In this document: positions 22,134-35,906 of the stretch, piece by piece | Numbering within the stretch: the first letter of the stretch is position 1 | How the letters are laid out: every line of letters starts with the position of its first letter | Assembly (NCBI GenBank): GCA_951406725.2 | Contig: OX597821.1 | Span: 20,088,001 to 20,152,000, forward strand | Reading direction: 5' to 3' | DNA: 64,000 nt | Source: Octopus vulgaris | Taxonomy: Eukaryota | The notes under the pieces: generated by a model | Seen by the model: the letters and a program-made list of their open reading frames with translations, nothing else | Database searches by the model: none | What the model was told of the DNA's origin: nothing | Translations under genes and position numbers: made by a program

Positions 22134-22456
22134 TATAATAGTGAAAAATATTATATAATCATATACATATAAATATAAAAATATAAAAATGTAAAATATA
22201 AAAACTTATACATCATAATGCTACACTTATATAATATAATACACATTTGTACAAAAAGGAAGGTAAACAGAACAAAATAAAACAAAATATATAACAGTGT
22301 ATATATTAATATTAATAAGTACCGATATTATACATATTTGGCTAATAGTTTTTTTTATAAAAAAAAAGGCTAACACATATGGAGATGAAAAATAATAATT
22401 AAATCCGTGGTACAGTTCATAAAATTCTAAAGCTATAAAAGTTAATAAAAATTACT

Positions 22457-22532
<76 letters not shown>

Positions 22533-22675
22533 TAATAAAAATAGATACAGTTAAGTTAGCACCAAGTCCATCCTTTCAAGATCGAAATAACTATGAGTTA
22601 AGAAATGCTGACCAACTCATAGTTATTTCGATCTTGAAAGGATGGACTTGGTGTATACTAACTTAACTGTATCTA

Positions 22676-22749
<74 letters not shown>

Positions 22750-23071
22750 AGTAATTTTTATTAACTTTTATAGCTTTAGAATTTTATGAACTGTACCACG
22801 GATTTAATTATTATTTTTCATCTCCATATGTGTTAGCCTTTTTTTTTATAAAAAAACTATTAGCCAAATATGTATAATATCGGTACTTATTAATATTAAT
22901 ATATACACTGTTATATATTTTGTTTTATTTTGTTCTGTTTACCTTCCTTTTTGTACAAATGTGTATTATATTATATAAGTGTAGCATTATGATGTATAAG
23001 TTTTTATATTTTACATTTTTATATTTTTATATTTATATGTATATGATTATATAATATTTTTCACTATTATA

Positions 23072-23210
23072 ACAAATTTAATTTAATTCTCTGAAGAGGC
23101 CGTGGGCATCCTTGTTAATGCCTCATTTATACCTGCCTTTATGGCTTATAGGTTAAATGAGGTATGACTGTCCTCACTGCCGAAACAGCTGTCAGTTTTG
23201 ATTTATTTGT
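23072..23210 (+). ncRNA. Type I hammerhead with long stem II (right arm)
   Basis: CTGAAGA (23091)-GGCcGTG..~85-nt hairpin..CACtGCC-GAAAC AGCT GTC (23193); stem I imperfect. Confidence 0.75.
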
Positions 23211-23392
23211 ATATTATATTTGAAATTTTTTACTTATATCTCTTTATCTTTTTACTATTACTGTATATCTCATTTCATTTTATATATTGCCTTTACTCAT
23301 ATGTAATGGTGTATTAAAGTATGGATTGAGTATCATCGGATAGTTGATGTTTTACTGATTTAAGTATGTTTCTCCATTCTCTAATTTTGTAG

Positions 23393-23948
<556 letters not shown>

Positions 23949-23951
<3 letters not shown>

Positions 23952-24498
23952 TTAATTTTCATCTCACTAAATTTATCCAGCTATTGTGTATCTAGTGCAC
24001 TCTTCGCCTTGAATGTAATGATATATGTATAATATATGGCGTGTACTGGTACACCGGCGATTATAATTAATTTTATTGTATCGCATTTATCTTTGTTTAC
24101 ATATTCTCTCGATAAATTTCTGACCGTTAGACGATATACCACAATCCCCTATTTTGTCGGGTTTGTTCTGAGTCTGCGCAGTGTTTTGAATAGTTTAGAA
24201 AGAGCATTTCGATAGACGCACATGGGTCTATTGATATGGTCTTCCCATCAATAACAGGAATCTTACTGAAGAGCCAGCCTGAGTAAATAAATACTATTTT
24301 TATTAGTGAATTTGGCGAAACTGCAGTATAAGAAAAGTTAAGTTTGTAAAAGTTTTTAATTTTCATCTCACTAAATTTATCCAGCTATTGTGTATCTAGT
24401 GCACTCTTCGCCTTGAATGTAATGATATATGTATAATATATGGCGTGTACTGGTACACCGGCGATTATAATTAATTTTATTGTATCGCATTTATCTTT

Positions 24499-24503
<5 letters not shown>
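23949..24503 (+). mobile_element. Retrozyme-like non-coding element, 404-nt unit with 151-bp terminal direct repeat
   Basis: 23949-24099 is repeated at 24353-24503; internal HHR; (TA)n on both flanks. Confidence 0.8.
24261..24333 (+). ncRNA. Canonical type I hammerhead ribozyme
   Basis: TCTTA-CTGAAGA-GCCA..TGGC-GAAAC TGCA GTA-TAAGA: intact core and all three stems. Confidence 0.88.
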
Positions 24504-24534
<31 letters not shown>

Positions 24535-24544
24535 GAGGATGGTG

Positions 24545-25100
24545 AATGGACCAGGGTCCTGTTTTATGACGAGAAAAAATGGAATTCGGACGGTCCCCGA
24601 CGGTTAAAAGTAACACTAGGCATATAAATGTATACTTAATTCTATTTAATCCAAGTGGGAGTGGACCTTTGTATGTGTGTCTGCGTGGGGGAAATATCTG
24701 CTAATGCAAAGCTATCACTTATCATGGATGGCCATTTCAAAGCTGTGCGATATTTCGTTAAATTAGATGGGGCTCACTTTGAATACGAAAAAAGGTTCAG
24801 TAGAGAGAACAGAACAAAGCTAATCATAAGGCATCTTTGGATTTCCTGCGTGCAATCGGGGTTGAAGTCATGCCATGGCCAGCAAGAAGTCCCGACCTTA
24901 ATTCCATAGAGAATGTCTGGCGATATCTCACGAAGGTTGTGGACAGCAAAGGTAACCAGTATTCATCTCTTGATGACCTCGAAGCGGCAATAAAGAACGC
25001 CTGGAAGAACCTCCACTTGATCTGCTGTAGAATTTGACTAGGAGCATGAAATCGCGTATCATAAAGGTGGTCGTCAAAAACACTATTCTTAGTGTATTGC
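24545..25100 (+). pseudogene. Tc1-type transposase remnant
   Basis: WTRVLFYDEKKWNSDGP and WPARSPDLNSIENVW motifs. Confidence 0.8.
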
Positions 25101-25177
25101 ATAAGAATATCATTGAAATATATCATAATTTTCCAGTTTTGCATCTTTTATACAACATTATTCAACCTGGCGAATGG

Positions 25178-25365
25178 AGGCGAGCTGGCAGAATCGTTAG
25201 CACGCCGGGCGAAACGTTTAGTAGTATTTCGTCTGTCTTCGTGTTCTGAGTTCAAATGCTGTCGAAGTCGACTTTGCCTTTTATCCTTGGGGTCGATGTA
25301 ATCGACTAGACCCCTCCCCTAAAAATTCAGGCAATATGCCTTTTGTAGTAAAGAAAAGAAAGGAT
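25178..25365 (+). mobile_element. SINE family B
   Basis: GGCGAGCTGGCAGAATCGTTAGCACGCCGGG..GAGTTCAAAT. Confidence 0.8.
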
Positions 25366-25628
25366 TCTTCAACCTGGCGTTATCGTTTTGAAGAGAGGTT
25401 TTATATCTGTATGTTTTTTAATATTATTATCTAATTTAGTTTTAGATTTCAGCAAATTTACTGAAATCTAATGCCTTCTAAATTATTGTAAAACTAAATT
25501 ATTGTAATGCCTTCTTCTATGCCATCTCTTATCTAGAGGTGAGTTTCACAAATTTCTTTAGTGTAAGAAATTCTTTAGACACATTCTTCAGACACTTGCC
25601 TTTCAAAAATGTACAACATTGTGATTCC

Positions 25629-26030
25629 TACAGTTCTATATTTAAGAGATAAGGAATTATGTTCATTATTTACATTATCTAGAATTGACAGATATTTGTC
25701 CTCAACTTCTTTTCGGCTGATATACCCTCCAGGCTTCATAAGGTGTCTTGGGAAAATTTCGCAAAGGTGTGAGTCGAGAAGATATTAATAAATCGGGCAT
25801 AGCTGATCATGTATGTAAAAATGGAGACTACCTGACCTTGTGGTATGAAGCTAAAATAATAGACTGAGAACACCACTGGAAAATACGAAAACTAAAAGAA
25901 GCAGCACATATGCTAGGACACAACAACCTCCTAAGCAGACCGAGTGCAGATATGAACAGCATATGGGAACCGGTATTAAGGAAGGATAGGAGAATATTAG
26001 ATTTATACGCCCTAAAATTCACTCCAATAA
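25629..26030 (+). mobile_element. Penelope/Poseidon-type fragment: inverted pLTR piece with decayed HHR (25629-25761) plus GIY-YIG C-terminus
   Basis: KSGIADHV..W.EAKIID*EHHWKIRKLKEAAHM..SIWEPVL; pLTR shared with 28281-28400. Confidence 0.78.
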
Positions 26031-26520
26031 AACCTTAAATTTGTTTTCATTAAAGGAAACATTTATCGAGATTAGTCGTTAATTTCGTGAACATTTAGTT
26101 TGGATAATGAAAAACAAATTTAACCATTGCATTAAGAAATGAAGCACACATAAAACCCAGTATAACTACATCCTGTGGTGGTTCTTTGAGACATAATTAG
26201 CAATATTTAGGTCTAAGTTAGCAAAAATGTTATCTATCATCTTTGAGCATCAATTTGAAACGTCATCCAGGATGCTGGTTCAGTTAGGAGGCCAAATTAC
26301 TATATGCAGGTTTATGCGACATAGAAGACGCACTTCTCTTAAAAAACAATAAATATCTGAAAATATACCCCTGGATCCTGTATATGAGCGAAGTTAGACC
26401 TCCGCTAAGCTAATGTTTCCTCCTTAATGCTTCCTAAACGCTTAGTACTGTTACCATGCATTGTGATCTCTCCCGTTACGTTTAACTGTACTGCCCACTT
26501 ATACGTTTATATATATATAA

Positions 26521-26892
26521 CTAGCAGTATCGCCCGGCGTTGCTCGGGTTTGTAAGGGAAATAACTATAAAGCATTTTTAGAGAGTTATAGCCAAAAAAC
26601 AGCAAAAAATGCATTATAACTGGAAAAAAAATTATGGTAATTTTTTTTTAAATCGTTGACTCATCGTAGACATTTTTATTAAAAAAATATGCGTTAAAAT
26701 GGAAAAAATGATGTTAAATTATTTTTAAAATCGTAGACTCATCGTAGACGCGCGCTAATAACAAGAAGGGCTCGATATGAATCACGGCTATAAGATACCC
26801 GGTTTTGGTTAAACTGCATCGCAAAATGTGGGAGTAGTTAGGAATCTAAATCGGAGTAGACAGACACACAACTTCACTTTTATATATAAAGA
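26521..26892 (-). mobile_element. Non-autonomous Helitron (same family as 16990-17375)
   Basis: Reverse complement has A|TC...hairpin...CTAG|T. Confidence 0.82.
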
Positions 26893-27084
26893 TAATGTTT
26901 CTAACTTTAGCTAAGGTATGTTTGTATTGTGTTTTAACGTAGTAGAACGTCTAGAGAATGGCATCCTGTCCGTTACCACGAGCAGTGTTTCCAGTCGATT
27001 CAATCAATGGAAGAGGCTACTTGGGAAAGGAACATGTCGGGGGATGAGGAAGCCACAGGCGTGCGTAACATTAACATAGTTCTC

Positions 27085-27270
27085 AAGGAGATTCCCCTTC
27101 GTACAGAATGTGTCAAGGCTTCTTTTTGAATTACATTTTGCCAGATGAGTGAACTGGAGCAATGTGAAATAAAGTGTCTTCTTAAAGAAAACACCGTGCC
27201 GTCGGGTTTTGAACTCATGACCTTACGATTATGATCCCGATAACCTAACCACTATGTCTCGCGCCTTCGC
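27085..27270 (-). mobile_element. tRNA-derived SINE fragment (third family)
   Basis: Minus strand GAAGGCGCGAGACATAGTGGTTAGG..GAGTTCAAAACCCG. Confidence 0.6.
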
Positions 27271-28346
27271 AATGAGAGTTTGAATATTACATGCTTTAAT
27301 GTACTTACAACTTTTCTTCTTATGTCTGTGTTGTTAAAATTGGAGGCCGTGGGCGTATAATATAGCTGTGCGTCTTTTATGTCATTAAGTACGGTATAGG
27401 TAAATATTTCTTTTCCTTCTGTGTAGTAAGATTGTAAAGTAAATCAGCAATTTTTTTTTATTTTGTTGATATACATCTTCTGTTCATCAATTTTATATTT
27501 GAACACACATTTAAATATACATTCGAATCGTAATTCTCTATCGACCTCAGTTTTTCATATCGGTTTATAAAATGGGTGAGAAGAGCCTCTACCGTATTCA
27601 TGAATGTCGAAAATACATGGACAGAGAATAAAGATAAGGTGAGACATTACAAGAGAAATATATAACTTTTATTAAAGCTCACTGGTGCCGCAATACAGGA
27701 TAAATGTATGGTGGTTATCTAATAAAGAACACACAAGAAGCTACAGTGGTAAACACAAACATATGTAAGTATATATATATATATACATATATATATATAA
27801 TATGGGTGGCTAATTCGCATTTTTACAACCTAAGGGCAGAACTATATATGTCAAATATGCACCAATCAGTAACAGTATTGCTAGAAATAAGAGTCAAAAC
27901 AACTCAATAGCCACAAAAGAACTATCTTAATGAGCTGACAAAGGAGACAAGCTTCTTGCGGTCGCAGATATAGCCAAACCATCGATGATTTCGCATTTTG
28001 GTGCTTAACGCATTTTAACGCTCAACGATGGCTCTTACCGCGACTAGCATTAAACCTGTCTCGCCTTGTCAGCTTATAAGAATTCCGTTGAAATCATACA
28101 CTGATTTCATAAACGGTTGAAGGGAAGATTATTAAAAATATGAGTGAACAAATGACGCTTATCAGCACCAGTATTGTTACAAATTTTATATATATATATA
28201 TAGTAGCTTTGAGAAAGGCCCTGCAAGCGAACTAGACAAAGGTTAAAATCTGTATAATTCTTTGTACTATAGGCATAAGTACAGTTCTATATTTAAGAGA
28301 TGAGGAATTATTTACATTTGACGGATATTTTTCCTCTTGTTTGTTT

Positions 28347-28390
28347 ACACAACGTTTCGGCTGATATACCCTCCAGCCTTCATCAGGTGC
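28347..28390 (-). ncRNA. Minimal type I hammerhead motif
   Basis: Reverse complement GCAC-CTGATGA-A-GGCTG gagggtatat CAGCC-GAAACGTT-GTGT. Confidence 0.72.
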
Positions 28391-28610
28391 ATGGAGAAAT
28401 TTCGAAGCTGGGTTCTCATTCTTAAGATATTTTTGGATGTTATAATTAATCGAACTCGGAATTTCGGGGTTAGTAGCTCGCGGTCTTAACCTCTACTCCA
28501 TATTCCAATGGGTAGTTATGGAGTGACTTTTAGGGTTTATAAATCTAATATTTTCCTATTCAATCCTATTAGATTTATAAGCCCTAATATTCACTCTATA
28601 ATTACCCACG

Positions 28611-28682
28611 GGGCATATGGTGGTAGTAATTAAGTGCGCGGACTACTAACCCCAAGATTCCGAGTTCGATTCCAGGTAGTGA

Positions 28683-28686
<4 letters not shown>
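28611..28686 (+). promoter_or_regulatory. tRNA-like segment with Pol III A/B boxes inside the PLE 3' region
   Basis: TGGTGGTAGTAATTAAG (A-like) and GAGTTCGATTCC (B box) at tRNA-like spacing. Confidence 0.6.
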
Positions 28687-28757
<71 letters not shown>

Positions 28758-28767
28758 TAATAATAAA

Positions 28768-29124
28768 ACAATACCTGCTGTCATAGATGCCTTGGGAATG
28801 ATAGCAAAAATGGGCTGATTGCTACCCAGCTCAGATATCAGGAAACTCCAAAATGGCAGAAATTCAAGAGTTAGTGCTCATGGGAACTGCTCATATCCTA
28901 CGCAAAATACTTTCTATGTAACCTCAAGTTTTAAAACAAACATAATTTTCGTATGTTTTTTTTTTTCTTTTTTTTTTCGACTTTCACTAGTACAACACTA
29001 AATACAAAACCAAATACATGGCACAGTAGGCATAAGGACAAGATGAACTTCCAACCTGTTGTCTCTTGAGGTCTCTGGGTGAGTCTTGGAGCCAACTTGT
29101 ACAAATATAAAGCAAAAGTCAAAC

Positions 29125-29125
<1 letters not shown>
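28768..29125 (+). mobile_element. R4/Dong-type LINE 3' fragment in (AAT)n
   Basis: TIPAVIDALGMI..VLMGTAHILRKILSM* plus 3' UTR; AAT tracts on both sides. Confidence 0.78.
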
Positions 29126-29205
<80 letters not shown>

Positions 29206-29256
29206 TAATAATAATGATGATAATAATAATAATAATAATAAGAAGAAGAAGAAGAA

Positions 29257-29351
<95 letters not shown>

Positions 29352-29940
29352 GAGGGTATGTCAGCCGAAACATTGTGTTAACAACAAACAAGATGAGGAC
29401 AGATATCCGTCAAATGTAAATGATATAAATAATGTATAGGCATAAGTCCTGAAATTTTGTTGGGTGAGGCTAGGCGAGTAAATCTGCCCTAGTGTTCAAC
29501 TGGTTCTTCTTTTACCGACACTAAATTGATGATATTCAAGGCTTGAGGAATGTATAGTAATACTTAACGTTATCATCCTCAGACAAAACTTTATGTCAAT
29601 TCTTTCTGCTGTTTCAAACTTTAGAACCTAGCAAGTAGTTACACACTCCCTCTGTGCACACGTGTGTCCGTTTGTGGGTATGTGTACGTATAGAAGACAG
29701 ACGTAGTTTTAAACTCCTCATTACAGAAAAAAAATCAGTAAATAATATAATGAAATAATTAATTAAATATCTTTCGTAAGCTAAATGCCCGATGGCTATT
29801 GAATAATTAAACACGTTATGTAATGAGTGCTAAAAATACAGCAGGATTTATTATAACAAACTGGATTTAACAAATAAAAATTACTTCGCCCAATGAGAAA
29901 GAAGCGTTTATATACTTTGGATATAATGATGATGATGATT

Positions 29941-29971
<31 letters not shown>

Positions 29972-29994
29972 CAACAGCAACAACAACAACAACT

Positions 29995-31525
29995 TTTGTA
30001 AGAGGAAAGCTCAAGCAAACAGCTGACATTTAATTAGGTACCGATACTACCATCAAGGAGCTTGACCCACAAGGAATCTATAAATGTCTGGGAAGACACA
30101 AAGGAGACGGTATACAACATGCTACTATGACGAAAAAAATACGAAAGCAGTATTACAGAAGAATACGACTCATACTAAAAACTGAACTCAACTCCAAAAA
30201 TCGCATCGAAGTCATTAACACCCTGGAACTTCCAATTAACCAGTATAGTTTTAACACCATTAACTAAAATCTTACAGAGCTCCAGCACTTGGACACGAAG
30301 ACAAGCAAACTACTAACATCTAAGAATATGTACCACCCAAAAACATATGTTGATTGTCTGTACCTACCTAGAATTAATAGGGGAAGAGGAATGATGCAGC
30401 TAGAACTGTGAAATAATACCTCCACAATAACAATGAACAAGCACTTATCTACTACAGAGGACTGGATGCTGAGGCTTGTGTGCACACACAACAGTAGAAA
30501 AATATCACATCTAGTGTCAAGGAAGCTTTAAAATTCGCAAGGAAACTAGGCCTTAACGCTGAATTAGTTGAAGAACCTGAAATCACTGCCACGAAAAAAG
30601 GAAAACGGGTCAAACAATTTGCAAAAATCAACGAGCAGAAACAAATAAAGGAGCGGTGGAACCAGAAAGTTCTACACGGACAGTATATACTTCGAAACCG
30701 AAATGTTGATGTAGACCAAGCAACAACCCATCAGTTGCTGAGAAGCTCAGGACTGAAAGCAGGGACTGAAGGTTTCATATTGACGACACAAGATCAAGGC
30801 TTGCTTATCAAAACTACCAGGCTAATGTTCTTCAAAACGGTTCTGACCCTAAATGCAAATTCTGCGATAAATTTGATGAAACAGTAGACCATCTCAGGAT
30901 GTTCTGTGTTGACACCAAACGAAAATAAAATTCGCAACCATATGGTAGGATAGTATTTACATTGGGAAATATATAAACACTAAAAAATCAGCACACTTGC
31001 TTACTGGTCTAAACATCATCCTGAGCCAGTCTTTGAAGGTAAAAATGTCATTATACTCTGGGATTTTCCAGTCAGCACCAACAGAACGATCAAAGCTAAT
31101 CGACCAGACAACATTATTAAAGACAAAGAAAATAATTGTAGACTAATAGATGTAAGTATTCCCACAAATAAAGATATATCTGGAAAGGAATTTGATAAAT
31201 TATGTAAATATAAGTGCCTAGAAATTGAAATACAAAAGATGTGGCATCCTAAAGCGAGAACTGTTCCTGTGGGTACCCTTGGTATGGTGAGACAGGGATG
31301 TTAGAGACATCTAGATAATATCCCAGGAGAACCATGTCTCAGAGAAGTCCAAAAGATTATGCTGACAATTACTGCCCACATCTTTAGAAAAATATTGTCA
31401 ATTTACATGTGTGTGTTGTATTACATGAAGATATTTTGCTACTGCCTCTGCCACTAAAGCTTTCAGTCATATTGCAACATCTCTTATTCTTCATTCGCCC
31501 TAACAAACATGCAGATTAAAAGTAA
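29995..31525 (+). mobile_element. R4/Dong-type LINE (RT C-terminus, CCHC finger, restriction-like endonuclease), decayed
   Basis: YKCLG, ILKTELNSKNRIEVINT, CKFCDKFDETVDHL, ANRPD..LIDVSIP; AAT flanks. Confidence 0.85.
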
Positions 31526-31576
31526 ATAATAATAATAACAACAATAATAATAATAATAATGATAATAATGATAATA

Positions 31577-31614
<38 letters not shown>

Positions 31615-31627
31615 AATAATAATAATG

Positions 31628-31660
<33 letters not shown>

Positions 31661-31774
31661 GATGCATGTGCCTGGTGTACCTTTATCAGACGGGTAGTCA
31701 TGATGGGTATATTGGGCTTCGTATATTTTACCCCAGTGTTACTTTGATGGCATGAACTGCTCTCTCACTCAATG

Positions 31775-31834
<60 letters not shown>

Positions 31835-31835
<1 letters not shown>

Positions 31836-32475
31836 GGACATGAAGAATAATTACATAAGAAGGGACTACGCAAACAAGTCCATATATCCACAACAGAAGT
31901 TGCTGCAAAAATAGGTAGGATTGTCCGATGAAAGGAACCCTAAAAAAATAGAGACCGAGAGCACTATACTAGCAGCACAGGACAAAGCGCTGGCCATGAA
32001 CTGGAGGGTCAACCTGAAGAATGTGCAAGTGGCACCGCTGTGTTGCATCTGCAAGAGAGTGGACAAAACCATTGCCCATATCACGAACGAATGCCCTAGA
32101 CTTACTCAAATGCCACTACAGGTTGTGGCGACACAACTAGGTAACCAAAGTGATACATTGAAAACTGTGCGAAAAGTGGGGGCTAGAGAAAGGCAAGACG
32201 AAGCTATGGAAAATTAAGAAGGTGAAGATAATGCCAATTCTTGTTGAGTCCTTGGGAACAGTATCAGAAGGCATCAAGAGAAATATAAAGGAAATTAGAA
32301 CAGAGTGCCCAGTAGAACTGTTACAAAAGATTTGCCTCCTTGGCACGCCAGAATAATGAAGAAAGTATTAGTTGAAAACAGCGATTAGCACTGTACTGTA
32401 GGCTGCAGTTAGTAAGCCCGCTACGTATGCAAGACTCCAGGAGCTCCATCAAAACCACCCGTGCTAAAGAGAAAA
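31835..32475 (+). mobile_element. R4/Dong-type LINE 3' fragment (distinct family)
   Basis: ETESTILAAQD, CCICKRVDKTIAHITNEC; AAT flanks. Confidence 0.78.
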
Positions 32476-32480
32476 TAATG

Positions 32481-32533
<53 letters not shown>

Positions 32534-32955
32534 GATGATGATGATGATGAGGATTTCGAATTTTGGCACAAGGCCAGCAAGTTTGGGGGAGCCAGCAAGT
32601 TTGGGTAAGTAAATGAGATCGACCCCCAGTGCTTAACTGGCACTTATTTTATCAACCACGAAAAGAACGTAATGCAAAGTCGACCACGGCGGAATTTGAA
32701 TAATAATATGCAGCACCAGACAGTGGCCCTCATGGCTTCTGCAGTTAACTGACTGAAAGTGTTATCATTGTCTTAACTGGTACGTCACATACGTAGAAGA
32801 GCATTGTCGCTATGAATTTTATTTCCCTCTTTCCGCTTTATTTACTTTATTTACTTTTTGTTATATTTTATTGTTTTCTTTTTCTCTCTGTCTTTCTCTC
32901 CTTTTTCTCTATCACATGCCTTTGTATATGAACAATCTGAAATGCTTACTTTAAT

Positions 32956-32998
<43 letters not shown>

Positions 32999-33048
32999 CC
33001 ACATGTATATATACATATACATATAAATACATACAACACACACACACG

Positions 33049-33099
<51 letters not shown>

Positions 33100-33228
33100 T
33101 TATAGATATATAGCATATATATATATATCTGTGTATATATATGCACACTCAGGCACAAGTATATGCTTCGTTTTTGCATTTGATCTGCAAGATTAAGCTA
33201 AATGTAATATGTATGTATCATGTATATA

Positions 33229-34084
33229 CAGTGTGTCCCAAATGTCACCGATGGGTTTCAATTTTTAATAACTTCCTTAAATTTACAAATAGATGCATGA
33301 AAGTTTGATACAGTATAAGGGACATAATGCAAATTAATGTACACATATCAAATTTTGCAACACTCCTACATCACATATAGAAAATGACATCGCTTAGATG
33401 GCAGCCATTTTCGGCTTTGCATGCCTGTGCTGTTTCCATAACACACTGAGGTGTTTCAGACCCCACTTCTATGTCTTCTCTATTGATGTTCTCCTTCTGT
33501 TGCACCAGCGTCTGTAGTTTGTTGACGTAAATCCCCTCTTTCAAGCGACCCCACAAGAAAAAACTTTTCTAGTCAAGCCTGGAGAACGTGAAGTCCATTC
33601 AAACTAGATCTAGCACATGGTTCTAACAAGATGGCGCAACTGATCATACCGTAAGAGAAACAATGCAGTTCCTACGGCAGTGCTTTGGATATAGGACACT
33701 CTCCCGTAACAGCAATGTCAACTGAACGTCACGCTCATCAGACTTGACTAGCCCGGACATTTTCTTGTGGAAATATTTAAAAGAGGAGGTTTACGTCCCT
33801 AGTGCAACTGAAGGGGAACATCAATAAAGAAATGAGAGAAGTAGGGTCTGAATCTCTTGAGGGTGTTATGGTTCCTGTTTGTTAAAGAGCACGGGCATGC
33901 GAAGTGGAAAATGGCTGTCATTCAATCGACGTCATTTTTCATATGTGATGTGTTGCAAAATTTGTCTTCTGCACATTCATTTCCATTATGCCTTTTATAT
34001 TGTATCAATAATTCATGCATTTATTTGTAAGTTTAAGGAGGTTATTAAAAGTTGAAACCCATCAGTGACGTTTAGGGCACCTTC
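33229..34084. mobile_element. Foldback Tc1/mariner derivative made of two inverted 3' ends
   Basis: TA|CAGTGTGTCCCAAATGTCACCGATGGGTTTCAA and its inverted counterpart; long arms encode SPDIFLWKYLKEEVY and LWGRLKEGIY. Confidence 0.8.
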
Positions 34085-34101
34085 TAAATATGTACATATA
34101 A

Positions 34102-34169
<68 letters not shown>

Positions 34170-35601
34170 TGTACGTGTGTGTGCGTGCGCGTGTGTAAGT
34201 GTGCGCGTCTGTTTGTCTATCATGTCATATATAATACATATGATATATGTAATACAATATATCTACACAAACACACACGGAGACACACAGTACTTCCCCG
34301 TTGTTCGACAATGAATATTAATTCATCCCCTCAACTTAAATCCTTGCTCTAACTGGGCGATCACGCTAGAGGCAAGAGCATCCTTAATTCAATGAGTGTG
34401 ACACAGTTTGGTCACATGCAATAGCCTTTTCAAACTGGAATAACAATCTAGCATATGAGCTTCTATATATATTCTATGGCAAACCAATCCTATTACCAAG
34501 CAATAGGACACCCCTTGGCTGACAAAAATTAAACCTGCACAAGAAAGTTGTGTAAGCAATCCCACGATCTCTTGGTTCGTGAATGTCTTAAGTATTTGGC
34601 TAAACTGATCCTACACATCCTACACATGCACAAAACGTGCATATACGTACATAGACGCAGCCAAATGCTCATGGGTGTACATATGCATCAATATGTCTGT
34701 CTTTCTGCCTATCTATGTATATATAATGCACTTATGTATATAATGCATAATTCTGTTCAAGCTTACACACGCATATATAATCACATATGTATGCACACAC
34801 GTACTTAATCATGTTTGTATCCTCTAATTACATACTCATTACGAAGCAAATCTCTAGAAGGAAACTTCAATAAAATTTTGTTTTAGCTAATCCAGATTCT
34901 CTTGTTTTAATTTACATATTTTATCTGGTTTGGGTTTTTTTTTATGAAGGAAATTCTTGAACGTTAGGAAGCAATTACAACGCGAACGAACGTAATGGGA
35001 ATCAAAATATAAAAATAAATAACGAATAAATAACTGGATGGATAAATGAATGAATAAATAACTAAAAAATATATATAATTACATGAATGAATGAATAAAT
35101 AAATAAATAAACAAGTGCGCTACTGATTCAATTCTCTTAAGAGAGGAATCTCATTATATAGGTAGGTATAAAACCAATAATTGCACAGCATATATGTTTA
35201 TGGAGTTGTTTCGTTGTAGATTTAATTTCTTAATCACAAAGACTAGCAGTGATTATTATTTGGCCAGAAGCGAGAATAGATATACTGCAGTGATTGATGG
35301 AAAATATTAGGGATTTCTTAAATTCTTGATGGTATATATGTTATTGTTGGTAGTGGTGGTGGTAGAAATAGTGAATGCTGTTTGATGCTGTGTTTAATGC
35401 AGCGGTGAGGGTGTTGTGAGGAGAAAACTGTTGGTGTGGTCTTCACTCGTGTTTATGGTTAACGTGTTGTTCGTAATGGTTTACGGTTATGTTCATGCTG
35501 GTTGTAGGATTCGTGTTGGCTGATGATGAAGACTATACTTCGTTATAATGCATGCATTTGTTTGTGGCTGGGAAGGGTAATACGGATGACGCTAATGATA
35601 G

Positions 35602-35687
35602 AAGTAGTAGTAGTAGTCGTCGTCGTAGTAGTAGTATTAATAGTAGTAGCAGTATTAATAGTAGTAGCAGTAGTAGTAGTGGTGGCG

Positions 35688-35733
<46 letters not shown>

Positions 35734-35747
35734 CGGTAGTAGTAGTT

Positions 35748-35810
<63 letters not shown>
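35602..35810. repeat. (GTA)n microsatellite
   Basis: Direct reading. Confidence 0.95.
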
Positions 35811-35906
35811 TAATTGTTGTAGCTGTAGTAGCGAGTGATGGTGGTTGTCGTTACGCTGGTGTTGATGGCAATGGTGGAGGTGCTTGTGGTATTGATGTGG
35901 AAAGAA

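Larger units (their letters stand above)
28281..29434. mobile_element. Foldback Poseidon-type pLTR insertion with 13-bp TSD, containing a tRNA-like segment, an HHR and a nested LINE 3' end
   Basis: TSD TATAGGCATAAGT at 28268-28280 and 29435-29447; arms 28449-28550/28567-28671 and 28311-28374/29351-29421. Confidence 0.8.

Noticed and set aside
28611-28686. Functional tRNA gene
   Set aside because: Poor acceptor and anticodon pairing; embedded in a repeat present in both arms.
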